Positions 27,338-37,011 of a stretch of DNA of 44,928 nt are shown here, in pieces. This stretch comes from Salinispira sp. Its GTDB lineage: Bacteria > Spirochaetota > Spirochaetia > DSM-27196 > Salinispiraceae. The stretch lies in the NCBI GenBank assembly GCA_965226555.1, contig CBDDDG010000025.1, positions 1 through 44,928 on the forward strand. The letters are read 5' to 3'. The position numbers and the translations under genes are program-made. The stretch's first letter is position 1; each line of letters starts with the position of its first letter. Under the pieces are notes generated by a model that had not been told where the DNA came from, did not search any database, and was given only the letters and a program-made list of their open reading frames with translations.

Positions 27338-29167
27338 ATGAAAAAATTACGGTCTATTCTCGCCATACTGCATGCGCATCGGTTTCTGTATGTCATTTCA
27401 CTCATTACCATTGTTGTGGGAACAAGTTTTTCCTATATCGTTCCTCTGGTCATAAAGACGACCATTGATAGTCTCTTAAACAAGATTCCCCTGAATCCGA
27501 AAAATCTGATAGAGCGGCTCTTCATTGCCCTTGGCGGCATTGAATTCCTGAGTCCGCGGCTTTTCATTCCGGCTATTATCCTGCTGATAATAATAGCAGT
27601 CCAGGGTATATTCACCTTCCTGTCACGGATTACAGCAGCGCGGGCCTCGGAGAGCAGCATTGAAGATTTACGCAATACACTCTATGTTCACATTCAGCGT
27701 CAGCCCCTGAGCTATTTCAATCATGCGGCAACAGGCGATATCATCCAGCGCTGTACCAGCGACATTGATACTATCCGGCTTTTTCTTGAAACGCAGTTTG
27801 TCGAAATTGGAAATACCTGCCTTACCATCACCATTGCTGTCGGCATTATGTTCGGTATAAACCCCCAGCTCGCCGTGGTTACTCTGCCCATTGTTCCGAT
27901 AAGTTTTTTCTTCAGCTATTTTTTCTTTCTGAAGGTACAGGAGGTATTTGTGCTCAGCGATGAAAGCGAGGGACGCCTGTCGGAAATGCTGAGTGAACAT
28001 CTGCGCGCCATTCGGGTCGTAAAGGCCTTCGGCAGGGAGGTGCATGAAATTAAACGCTTCGATGAGCTGAATGTGGATTTCAAACATACAATGATGCGTC
28101 TTGTTGATCTGCTGGCAGTGTATTGGAGTTTTTCCAATGTATTCAGCGCCCTTCAGATTATCGTGGTGTTGACGCTCGGAACATTCTGGGCTGTGCAGGG
28201 GAATGTTACTCTCGGAACATTGCAGGTTTTCATGGCATATGTCTGGATGATTCTCTGGCCCCTGCGTCAGATGGGACGCATTCTGGTGGACATGGGGAAG
28301 GCCTTTGTGGCAGTCGGGAGAATTAATGAAATTCTTGCCGAGGTTCCTGAGGATATGCATTCTGATGCAGATTGTCCGAAAATTACCGGCCGTATCAGCT
28401 TCAAGAACGTCAGCTTTACCTATCCGCCGCCCCCGCACGACAGCGCAGCGAAGCCGCCGCAGACGGTGCTGGACAATATCAGTTTCGACATATACCCCGG
28501 GGAAATTATCGGTATTCTGGGGCCGACAGGATCGGGAAAGTCGACCATTCTTCATCTTCTTGCAGGGCTGTATCCTGAATATGACGGAGAAATACTGATG
28601 GACGGCAGGGAACTTCATCATCTTAATGTATGGGAGTACCGAAAACAGCTGGGCTATGTGCTTCAGGAACCGCTTCTCTTCAGCGGGAGTATCAAGAAGA
28701 ATATCCGTATGGGATTCCATACCGCTCATTTTACCGAGGTAACATCGGCGGCTGCGCAGGCGGAAGTTCACCAGTCCATTCAGGAATTTGAAATGCGGTA
28801 TCATACCGTGGTCGGTGAGCGGGGGGTAACGCTTTCCGGCGGGCAAAAGCAGCGGGTGGCCATTGCCCGGGCGCTTATCCGCGGATTAGCTGTGTATATG
28901 TTCGATGATTCACTCTCCGCGCTCGATGCCGAAACCGATTCGAAGATCAGAAATAATCTCATTGCCCGGGAGGGCGGGACAACAGTGCTCATTGTGAGTC
29001 ATAGACTGAGCACTATTGCGGGAGCCGACAGGATCATTGTTATAGAACAGGGCAAAGTAGGCCAAATTGGTACTCATGAAGAATTACGGCAGGAAGATGG
29101 GCTGTACAAGAGGCTTTGGGAGCTTCAGGGAAAAACGGGCGCGCATGAAAGGCGGGAGTGCATATGA
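27338..29167 (+). CDS. ABC exporter, TMD+NBD subunit A (degenerate Walker B)
   Basis: GPTGSGKS, LSGGQKQR, VYMFDD; six-TM N-terminus; AAGGAG SD. Confidence 0.95.
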   Translation: MKKLRSILAILHAHRFLYVISLITIVVGTSFSYIVPLVIKTTIDSLLNKIPLNPKNLIERLFIALGGIEFLSPRLFIPAIILLIIIAVQGIFTFLSRITAARASESSIEDLRNTLYVHIQRQPLSYFNHAATGDIIQRCTSDIDTIRLFLETQFVEIGNTCLTITIAVGIMFGINPQLAVVTLPIVPISFFFSYFFFLKVQEVFVLSDESEGRLSEMLSEHLRAIRVVKAFGREVHEIKRFDELNVDFKHTMMRLVDLLAVYWSFSNVFSALQIIVVLTLGTFWAVQGNVTLGTLQVFMAYVWMILWPLRQMGRILVDMGKAFVAVGRINEILAEVPEDMHSDADCPKITGRISFKNVSFTYPPPPHDSAAKPPQTVLDNISFDIYPGEIIGILGPTGSGKSTILHLLAGLYPEYDGEILMDGRELHHLNVWEYRKQLGYVLQEPLLFSGSIKKNIRMGFHTAHFTEVTSAAAQAEVHQSIQEFEMRYHTVVGERGVTLSGGQKQRVAIARALIRGLAVYMFDDSLSALDAETDSKIRNNLIAREGGTTVLIVSHRLSTIAGADRIIVIEQGKVGQIGTHEELRQEDGLYKRLWELQGKTGAHERRECI

Positions 29168-30993
29168 AAAACCAGACAAAACGTGAAAAGCACAAGCGCA
29201 TAATCAACATGTGGCTGAGCCTGCTGAAATATGCCGGGGAACAGCGAAGGAGTGTTGCCCTGCTCATTATTGCGCTGGTGGCAACAGCTATTGTTGATGT
29301 CATGCTGCCGCTTATGACCCGCTATGCCGTAGATACCTTTGTGGTGCCGAGGACAGTGGAGGGAATGGGGGGCTTTGTTGCCGTGTTTGTTGTGCTGGCA
29401 TTGACTCAGATGCTGAGTCTGTATGGACTCATTCACCTCGGCGGTATTATTGAAACAAGCATTGTGTATCGCCTGCGGGAGCGGGGCTTTGAGAAGCTGC
29501 AGAAATTATCGTTTGAGTATTTTGATAAAACGGCATCGGGTTGGCTGCTTACCCGCATGACTTCCGATTGCCAGCGGCTGGGAGATGTTATTTCCTGGGG
29601 CATTGTGGATATTGTATGGGGGTTCACCATGATGGGTGGAATTGCCGTTGTCATGCTGGTTCTCAATGTTCGTCTCGGCCTTGTTACTCTGGCGGTTGTT
29701 CCTCTTCTCGCAGCAGTAAGTTACTACTTCCAGACAAAAATCCTCAAATCGCAGCGGCTGGTTCGGAAGAATAACTCACGGATATCAGGAGCCTTCAGCG
29801 AGGGCATACAGGGCGGCCCGACAATAAAGGTTCTCGCGGGAGAAGAGGAAAGCGCGCAGGAATTTGCCCAGCTCACCGGAAGAATGCAGCGTACCTCTGT
29901 TATCTCAGCGCGCTTCAGCGCCATGTACCTTCCTCTGGTTATCTTTCTGGGGGCTGTTGGTACCGCTCTGGCTCTCAGCTTCGGGGGAGTAATGATTCAG
30001 ACTGAAATCATCACCTTTGGAACTCTGCTGGCCTTTATCAGTTATACCATTCAGTTCTTTGATCCCCTCAATGAGTTGGCCCGGGTTATCAGTGAAATAC
30101 AATCGGCGCGGGCCGCCGGGGAGAGAATTCTGGGTCTTATTCATACCGAAGAGGCAATTACCGACAGTGCTGAAATTTGCGCGCGCTGGGGTACGGTCGT
30201 TGATCCAAAAGATTCAGCTATTCCTAAAATTCGGGGAAGTGTCAGCTTTGAAAATGTGATTTTCCAATATTCAGGGGGGCAGACAGTTCTGCATTCATTC
30301 AGCTTAGATATTTCTGCCGGACAGACGGTTGCCATTGTTGGCGCAACCGGATCGGGAAAAACGACTATTGTTAACCTTGTGTGCCGCTTTTATGAACCGA
30401 CCTCAGGACGTATTCTCATTGACGGGAGAGATTATCGGGAAATTGGCTTGCCGGTTCTCAGAAGAAATTTGGGCTATGTCCTCCAATCGCCCCAGCTTTT
30501 TAATATCAGTATCAGGGAAAACATTCGCTATGGTAAGCTGAGCGCCAGCGATGAAGAAGTTGAACAGGCCGCAGTTTTTGCCAATGCCCATACCTTCATT
30601 TCCCGCATACCGGAAAAATATGACAGTATTGTCGGAGAAGGAGGCAGTAGTTTGTCGACCGGCCAGAAGCAGCTCATCAGTATTGCCAGAGCTATTCTCG
30701 CAGATCCTGCCATCATTGTTCTTGATGAAGCTACCAGTTCGGTTGATCCTGAAACAGAAAAGCTCCTCCAAGATGCAATTCATAAGGTTCTTCAGAACCG
30801 CAGTAGTTTTGTTATTGCGCATAGGCTTTCGACAATTCGGGAGGCCGACCGCATTTTGGTTCTGGAAGATGGGAAGATTATTGAGGACGGCAACCATGAA
30901 GCACTTCTTGCCGGTAATGGACACTACGCAGGGATGTATCGGCAACAGTTTATGGAAGAGGAAGAGTACCGCATTCTGAGCACCGAAAAATAA
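29164..30993 (+). CDS. ABC exporter, TMD+NBD subunit B (heterodimer partner)
   Basis: GATGSGKT, degenerate LSTGQKQ, consensus IIVLDEATS, AHRL; ATGA overlap. Confidence 0.95.
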   Translation: MKNQTKREKHKRIINMWLSLLKYAGEQRRSVALLIIALVATAIVDVMLPLMTRYAVDTFVVPRTVEGMGGFVAVFVVLALTQMLSLYGLIHLGGIIETSIVYRLRERGFEKLQKLSFEYFDKTASGWLLTRMTSDCQRLGDVISWGIVDIVWGFTMMGGIAVVMLVLNVRLGLVTLAVVPLLAAVSYYFQTKILKSQRLVRKNNSRISGAFSEGIQGGPTIKVLAGEEESAQEFAQLTGRMQRTSVISARFSAMYLPLVIFLGAVGTALALSFGGVMIQTEIITFGTLLAFISYTIQFFDPLNELARVISEIQSARAAGERILGLIHTEEAITDSAEICARWGTVVDPKDSAIPKIRGSVSFENVIFQYSGGQTVLHSFSLDISAGQTVAIVGATGSGKTTIVNLVCRFYEPTSGRILIDGRDYREIGLPVLRRNLGYVLQSPQLFNISIRENIRYGKLSASDEEVEQAAVFANAHTFISRIPEKYDSIVGEGGSSLSTGQKQLISIARAILADPAIIVLDEATSSVDPETEKLLQDAIHKVLQNRSSFVIAHRLSTIREADRILVLEDGKIIEDGNHEALLAGNGHYAGMYRQQFMEEEEYRILSTEK

Positions 30994-31097
30994 AGTGCCG
31001 CGAAAGGTACCGCAGCGCGAATTCCTCCTCTATGGTTTTGCCCCGCACTGAGATGGATAGTTTTGGTAAGAGCCGGACGGCTGGGTCTCCTGTGCTG

Positions 31098-32180
31098 TTA
31101 CTCTTTGCCGCTTTTCTGCCCGTTTTTTTGGCCGTTTTGCTGAAATGCTCGAATTTCATCCTCGCTCAGCCCGGTAACATCCTGAATGTCATGGGCTGAA
31201 AATCCTTTGGAAAACATACTGCGGGCATTTTCTCGAATCCCTTCCTGCCGACCTTCCTGACGGCCTTCTTGACGGCCTTCTTGAATCCCTTCTTGCCGCT
31301 TTTCCTGCATTTCTTCCTGTACTTCCTGCTTGACCTGGGCTTTTACCTCTTTGTAAATTCTCAGTTGCCACGGGAACAGTATTTCTATTCCTTCTTTTGT
31401 AATCATATCAATTACCTCCTTTATAGTGTAATCGTTAACGTTCGTCTCTGAGATGTGTGTATTATAGAGCACATCGCTCATAATTAACAAGGACTCCTTC
31501 ACCTTCTCGCCAGTGTCATGCTGGAGAATGTTCAAAAGATGCTTCGTGAATTCAGCGCAATTATTCTCATTCTTCAAATCTTTTTTGTAGCGCGCAAGGT
31601 AAAAATAGGCAGCCACACGACCGGTGTACCTGAGGAGCTTCTCATGTGGGATCCTATGCACATCAATAACAGGATACTCAAAGATTTGGCGATATGCGCT
31701 CGGGGGGCTATCTACCAGCGTATCTTCCGTCGCGATCTGCGGCCATTTCCGCATTCCCGTGTACAGAACAAGGGGATACACCCGATGATGTCGGTACGTT
31801 TTCGAATTGCGGATAGCGCGCTTGAGCATATCGGTATATTCGAATAGGCGCCTGCTCATGGAATAATCGACAGTCGATTGATGTTCCAGAATGATATAGA
31901 CGGTTTTCTCTTCATTCTTGTTCCCGTATCGGAAGGAAATTTTCGCAACAATATCCGATATTTTGCGCATGAGCTTCGTCAGCTTCTTGCCTCCGAGCTC
32001 CCGAGCGATGAATTCGTTGCTCACAATAGTAATGTTCTCAGGGCGAACATACCGTATCCAGTCATCATCGACAAATTGCAGCAGTTGATATATGGACTCC
32101 GCATCGCCAAACAAGAACTTATGTGTTTCATCCCATTGTTTTCGCGGCTTTTGATGAGCCGCCTGATTCTTTTTCTTCAT
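31098..32180 (-). CDS. Rpn family nuclease/putative transposase (copy 3)
   Basis: Near-identical to copy 2 with fewer QEGR repeats. Confidence 0.9.
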   Translation of the reverse strand: MKKKNQAAHQKPRKQWDETHKFLFGDAESIYQLLQFVDDDWIRYVRPENITIVSNEFIARELGGKKLTKLMRKISDIVAKISFRYGNKNEEKTVYIILEHQSTVDYSMSRRLFEYTDMLKRAIRNSKTYRHHRVYPLVLYTGMRKWPQIATEDTLVDSPPSAYRQIFEYPVIDVHRIPHEKLLRYTGRVAAYFYLARYKKDLKNENNCAEFTKHLLNILQHDTGEKVKESLLIMSDVLYNTHISETNVNDYTIKEVIDMITKEGIEILFPWQLRIYKEVKAQVKQEVQEEMQEKRQEGIQEGRQEGRQEGRQEGIRENARSMFSKGFSAHDIQDVTGLSEDEIRAFQQNGQKNGQKSGKE

Positions 32181-32254
32181 ATACGGATAACGGAGGGAAT
32201 GTTCGTGGTGATTGAGTTTTTGCGAAAAAAGTTTGAAAAATGTAAAAATTTCTA

Positions 32255-32308
32255 CAAAGTTTTGCATTGGAAAATTGTGCTTGCACAATTTCCATGAGCA
32301 AAACTTTC
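32255..32308. repeat. 54-bp palindromic MITE/REP-like element, copy 2
   Basis: CAAAGTTTTGC...GCAAAACTTTC with TA both sides; absent at the paralogous site near 25380. Confidence 0.85.
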
Positions 32309-32461
32309 TATAAAATAGGAGAATGCTAAGCACAGAGAGCATTCCGAATCTGAAACTTTTGCATTGGAAAAGTTTCTTCTATTTTTTCAGGATTTTATTA
32401 TGTGACCAGCCCCTGTTGCTGGGACTGGGGGCTGGTCGGCGCTGCGCGCCCAAGCGGACGC

Positions 32462-33914
32462 TTAGTCTGCCTTCGGCGGGCGGGCGCGGGTTGCAAGATC
32501 GTAGGCATAAATTCTGTCAGTAGCAGTATCCGCCACCCACATCGTTGTATCATTCGACCAGATACCGAAGCTGTTATCAATGGTCGGTACGGGGATATCT
32601 TTTGATGAATCCCGCGCTCCACCACTTAACGTGTAGGCTACAATTATTTTCCTTCCTTCTTCCATATCCAATACCCACATTGTTGTCCCATCCGACCAGA
32701 TGGCCCGTGAAGTATATCCAGTATTGGTAAAACCGCTACTGGGAGTGTCCCCGTCATTTATGGCTATGGTCATAATAGCATAACTATAAAGACCCTGTGC
32801 TACCCACATCGTTGTTCCATCCGACCAGATTCCTATGGGAAGAACAGCCGAGACCGAAATAGTGTCTCCAAATTTATTTTCCTTGCTACTCATATTATAG
32901 GCATAGATTTTATTATCGTTGGTATCTATTACCCACATTGTTGTTCCATCCGACCAGATGTCGAAAGGGCTATTATTCCCGGCAGCACTGAGCGTGGTGA
33001 AATCTTTGTCCGCCTCGTGTTCCTTGGTAATCATGTTGTAGGCATAGATTTTGTCATCGCCATCATCCGCCACCCACATCGTTGTGCCATCTGACCATAT
33101 GCCTGTGGGATCAGTATTTCCGGCAGCAGAAAGCGTGGTGAAATCGTCTCGGTAAAAACCTGCGGCATTATAGCCGTATAAATCGAACCCGTCTTCATCA
33201 TAGCCATTTTTGTCGTAGCCGTATCGGTCGTAGGGCAGACGGGTTGCCCGGTAAATACCATCAGCGTTAAAGCCGTTTTTGTCGTACCCGGCCGCGTCAT
33301 AGCCTTCGGAGTCAAAGCCGTCTGCGTCGTAACCCTGTTCGTCATAACCTTCAGGGTTGTATGGCGTTCCGTCACGATGGTTACCGTCAACATCAAAGCC
33401 CGCTGCGTTATAGCCGTCTTTGCCATAACCGTAGAGGTTGTATTCCGTGCCGGTGTCGCGGTGTTTGCCATCAGCATTAAAGCCGTCTGCGTCATAACCC
33501 TGTTCGTCATAGCCATCAGCATTAAAGCCGTCTTTGTCGTAACCGTTTACGTCATAACCTTCAGGGTTGTATGGCGTTCCGTCACGATGGTTACCGTCAA
33601 CATCAAAGCCCGCTGCGTTATAGCCGTCCTTGTCGTAGCCGTAGAGGTCGTATTCCGTGCCGGTGATATAATGAATACCATCGTCATAAAACCCGTACAT
33701 GTTGCAGGCCGTGAGAGTGAGTATTAGGGTGAAAATGAAAACAAGCCCCCGCAACAGCTGCGGGCCTTGAAATTGGTTCCGCCGGTTTAGGCTATGCTCG
33801 GGTGTCCGGCTCGGGTGTCCGGCTCGGGTGTCCGGCTCGGGTGTCCGGCTCGGGTGTCCGGCTCGGGTGTCCGGCTCGGGTGTCCGGCTCGGGTTGATTG
33901 TTATAATTCATCAT
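32462..33914 (-). CDS. putative surface lipoprotein, copy 2, out of frame (phase OFF) at the 13-bp repeat
   Basis: AAGGAG SD + ATG 33914 homologous to copy 1; 1453 nt to the stop (not divisible by 3); LTLTA-C lipobox; same repeat types. Confidence 0.75.
33796..33886. repeat. 13-bp perfect tandem repeat x7 (GCTCGGGTGTCCG) plus a partial unit
   Basis: 91 bp = 7 x 13, at the same position as the array in copy 1. Confidence 0.95.
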
Positions 33915-33935
33915 GGAATAACTCCTTAATAAGGA

Positions 33936-33964
33936 TTATTACTAAAAAACATTGAGAATGTCAA
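33936..33964 (-). promoter_or_regulatory. promoter of lipoprotein 2
   Basis: TTGACA-N17-TAATAA, homologous to 27116-27144. Confidence 0.55.
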
Positions 33965-33983
33965 GTATTTTTCCGTGCATGTT

Positions 33984-35223
33984 TGGGATATTAAGGTTTG
34001 AACAGACCCCACTTTGACCTATTATGCGATCATTTCTTCCGAGTGCCAAGCCCTCCATCGCTCAAGCGTCGGCCGTGTGAGCCGTTGCTCCATTATGATC
34101 GGCTTGAGCCGGAGAATATCACTATCCACATCGGTATTCCGCTGCCTCAAAAGATCCATCGGAGTCCCTTTTCGGTAGGTGTTGAACCGCCGGTAATTGA
34201 AATCTATCTGATACTCCTCGGCTTCCTTAAGAAACTCATTGAGCTTTGGATTCATCACCTGACTGTAGAACTCATCCTCAATGAGCCGGTGCGAGGACTC
34301 GACAGAACTGTTCCATGTGCAATGCCCGGGCGGAATACGCCGATACTCGACACCCGCCTGTATGAGCGCCTGCTCAAACCCCGATGTTCGGGTTTTGCTC
34401 AGATGTCGAACGGTGAACTCTGCCCCGTTATCGGTCTGAACCGTTATGTCCTTGACAAGGTCTCCGCCGCGATTCCGCAGGTGCTCGGCGAACAAGGTTG
34501 TTACCATACTGCTCTTCTCATTGGCGAAGGCGTACCACAGAGCCCCTGTCGCCCGATCCCGGGCGGTTATCTGGTACTTCGGAACGTCTAAACACTTCTG
34601 AGAAAACCGCATAGCGGGAATGTCCGTCAGATACTTGATATCAATCTGAATGCACTCGCCGAACTTCATCCTGTCGGTTACCTCCCGCAAATCTCTCTTG
34701 GGTAGCGCCTTCGGCTTCTTTGTTTTCCGCGCCCCTATCTGCTTTAGCGTCTTGATAATCGTCGGCAGGCTGTACTTCCCGCCAACTTCCGTCTGCAACT
34801 GCTTTTGCACCTGAGTTCCAATGATTTTGTTGTGATTCCGATTCTTGGTCTGGACAAGACTCTCGAGATGACACCGGTGCCCGAATTTCATCTTCATCGG
34901 ATGATTGGTCGTGCCCCGCTTCTTGTCTTCAAGCCCCTCGCCGGATTCAAAGCGCCGAACCCACCGCCGCACCGTGTTGCGCGACACCTCGAACTCCCGA
35001 GCAGCCGCCTTGATCGAATGCTCCTGGGCATACCGAACCATCCGCAACCGCCAATCATACATCGAAGCCGCCTGATACTTCCGAGACTTGAGATGATACT
35101 GAGAATATGTGATACTACTGTTCACTGTTTCCCTCCTTTTATGTTTTATACAACCCCCAGTGTATACGAATAACCTTCGTTTTACACTGGGGAGGAGGGG
35201 TCTGTCCAAAGGTTTATATCCCA
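33984..35223 (-). mobile_element. IS481-like insertion sequence, 1240 bp
   Basis: Imperfect 27-bp IRs (TGGGATAT.AA..TTTG.ACAGACCCC); direct repeat TTTTCCGTGCATGTT at 33969-33983 and 35224-35238. Confidence 0.9.
34022..35125 (-). CDS. DDE transposase (HTH + integrase core)
   Basis: AAREFEVSRNTVRRW HTH; QIDIKY, QTDNGAEF, VESSHR; GTG start after AAGGAGG. Confidence 0.9.
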   Translation of the reverse strand: MNSSITYSQYHLKSRKYQAASMYDWRLRMVRYAQEHSIKAAAREFEVSRNTVRRWVRRFESGEGLEDKKRGTTNHPMKMKFGHRCHLESLVQTKNRNHNKIIGTQVQKQLQTEVGGKYSLPTIIKTLKQIGARKTKKPKALPKRDLREVTDRMKFGECIQIDIKYLTDIPAMRFSQKCLDVPKYQITARDRATGALWYAFANEKSSMVTTLFAEHLRNRGGDLVKDITVQTDNGAEFTVRHLSKTRTSGFEQALIQAGVEYRRIPPGHCTWNSSVESSHRLIEDEFYSQVMNPKLNEFLKEAEEYQIDFNYRRFNTYRKGTPMDLLRQRNTDVDSDILRLKPIIMEQRLTRPTLERWRAWHSEEMIA

Positions 35224-35370
35224 TTTTCCGTGCATGTTTCGAAAGTTTTGCCAATGGTCATTCCGGTATATTGACGAAATGATCAAATCATCCTATTATC
35301 TGAGCATAGACGATTACATGATCGTATAGAAACCTTTGCATAAACAAAGTTTCCAGAGGTATTTTTGCTT

Positions 35371-37011
35371 ATGCAGCCGGTGAAAAAAAACATACTTGCT
35401 ATTGGTTCGGGAAAGGGGGGAGTCGGAAAATCGACAACTGCGCTGAATGTTGCCCTCCTGTCCGCAAAATCGGGAATTCGTACAGGAATTATCGATATGG
35501 ATCCTCTGTCAAACCTCGGGGTCATTCTCGATCTTAATGAAGAAGATCTGAAATCCCCATCAGAATCCCCAAAAAAATCCCCAGAAAAATCCCCATCAGA
35601 ATTGGCAGACGACCTTGCATCGCATACCCGTAAAATCTTTTCCCGTCTCGATCTCCTCTTTTACCGTGAAAAATCACGAACAGAGGCCGCCTCCCTGTAT
35701 GAACGTATATTTGAACGTTTCAGCAGGGAACTGGAGCAAAAATATGAGCTGATCATTATTGATCTGCCGGCGGGCATTGTACAGAATGAAAATCTTTATG
35801 TCCTTCCTCATCTGGAAAATCTTATAGTCGTTACCCATGCGGAACCCACCAGTCATGTGTCGGCTGGCGGATATATAAAAGCTGCTCTTGAGGTAAATAG
35901 CAGGCTGCATTTTCTTATCTGGAATAACAAGTATGAGGCGGGAATTGATCCGGCTTTCAATCCGGGAGATATTCTGGGCAATTATAATCGCTACGCCCCC
36001 GATGAATTGCGCCTTCCCGATTCAGTAAAGGATCGTTTGCAACATGTGGCCTATGTTCCCTCCGATCCTTCCTTGAATTTGCTGAAGACGCGGCTCGATT
36101 TCCGGCTTGATATCCTCCTTAAAATTCAGGAATCGCTGCATGTTCTGTATGAACTCATTGTTCCACTGCCCGGGAATGAGAAACTTCCGCTCATTACTCG
36201 CCGCGCACTCCGATATTATCTGCTGCATGAATACGGAGCGCCCAGCGGCGAAGGCGCTCTCACATATCTTGCCGAATTTTTTCAACGGAGCATGAGTCCG
36301 CATGATCAGGCTATTGTTGAACAGTATATTGAACAGCAAACAGAGAACCCGCTTCGGAAAGTAGTAGCTGAAAGCATGCAGATTATTACCCAAATTATGG
36401 ATATATATCGGAATAGGCAGTGGCGGAGTAATTCCTTTCAGGAAATGAGCGCTACCTTTGCGCATCTTTCTCCCCGTCTTATACATAGTTTTCAGATTTT
36501 CAACCGCCTCGTTGAATCGTTTTCTGATGAGAAAATACGGAAACGTTTTGCCTATGTTGATATGGCCATGCTGAAGAACACCTTAGGGCTTGGGTTTTTC
36601 TATTTTGCACTTCTGAAACTGCTTGAACATAAGCGTATTCAACAAGTATTGATCAGCTTTATTCCTCGAAAAAAGCGTAACGGAAAATTTGTCCGCGATC
36701 GTCATAGGCAGATCATGTTGTTAATTGAGAATGGCAGAGTATATCATCAGAAATTTTTTAATCTTGTGCGAACGCTGTTTCCCCTTGTTGAACGGCAGCT
36801 CTACCGCCTCGCGCGAATACGAAAATTGGAGAACATTCTGCTTTACGATGATAATGGCCGGATCAGAAGAAATGTCTACCTCCGGTTATTATCCGAAATT
36901 ATACACGAGTTGCTGAATGCCGGACTTGGAATACATGTGGGTATACACTTCAACAGAGCCGCGCAGGAAATTCGAAAGGGTTGGGAAGCTGTGAAAAAGG
37001 TGATAGATTGA
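35371..37011 (+). CDS. MinD/ParA/FlhG-type P-loop NTPase with long C-terminal helical region
   Basis: GSGKGGVGKSTT deviant Walker A; IIDMDP; IIIDLPAG; NKY. Confidence 0.8.
   Translation: MQPVKKNILAIGSGKGGVGKSTTALNVALLSAKSGIRTGIIDMDPLSNLGVILDLNEEDLKSPSESPKKSPEKSPSELADDLASHTRKIFSRLDLLFYREKSRTEAASLYERIFERFSRELEQKYELIIIDLPAGIVQNENLYVLPHLENLIVVTHAEPTSHVSAGGYIKAALEVNSRLHFLIWNNKYEAGIDPAFNPGDILGNYNRYAPDELRLPDSVKDRLQHVAYVPSDPSLNLLKTRLDFRLDILLKIQESLHVLYELIVPLPGNEKLPLITRRALRYYLLHEYGAPSGEGALTYLAEFFQRSMSPHDQAIVEQYIEQQTENPLRKVVAESMQIITQIMDIYRNRQWRSNSFQEMSATFAHLSPRLIHSFQIFNRLVESFSDEKIRKRFAYVDMAMLKNTLGLGFFYFALLKLLEHKRIQQVLISFIPRKKRNGKFVRDRHRQIMLLIENGRVYHQKFFNLVRTLFPLVERQLYRLARIRKLENILLYDDNGRIRRNVYLRLLSEIIHELLNAGLGIHVGIHFNRAAQEIRKGWEAVKKVID

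Noticed and set aside
27668..28846. 392-aa minus-strand ORF
   Set aside because: Antisense to the well-supported ABC transporter
27338..30993. Degenerate ABC motifs as a sign of decay
   Set aside because: Complementary degenerate and consensus sites are normal for heterodimeric exporters
32181..32342. N-terminal extension of rpn copy 3
   Set aside because: Runs through the inserted palindrome that is absent in the paralog
35126..35254. N-terminal extension of the transposase
   Set aside because: Begins outside the IR; GTG 35125 has a strong SD
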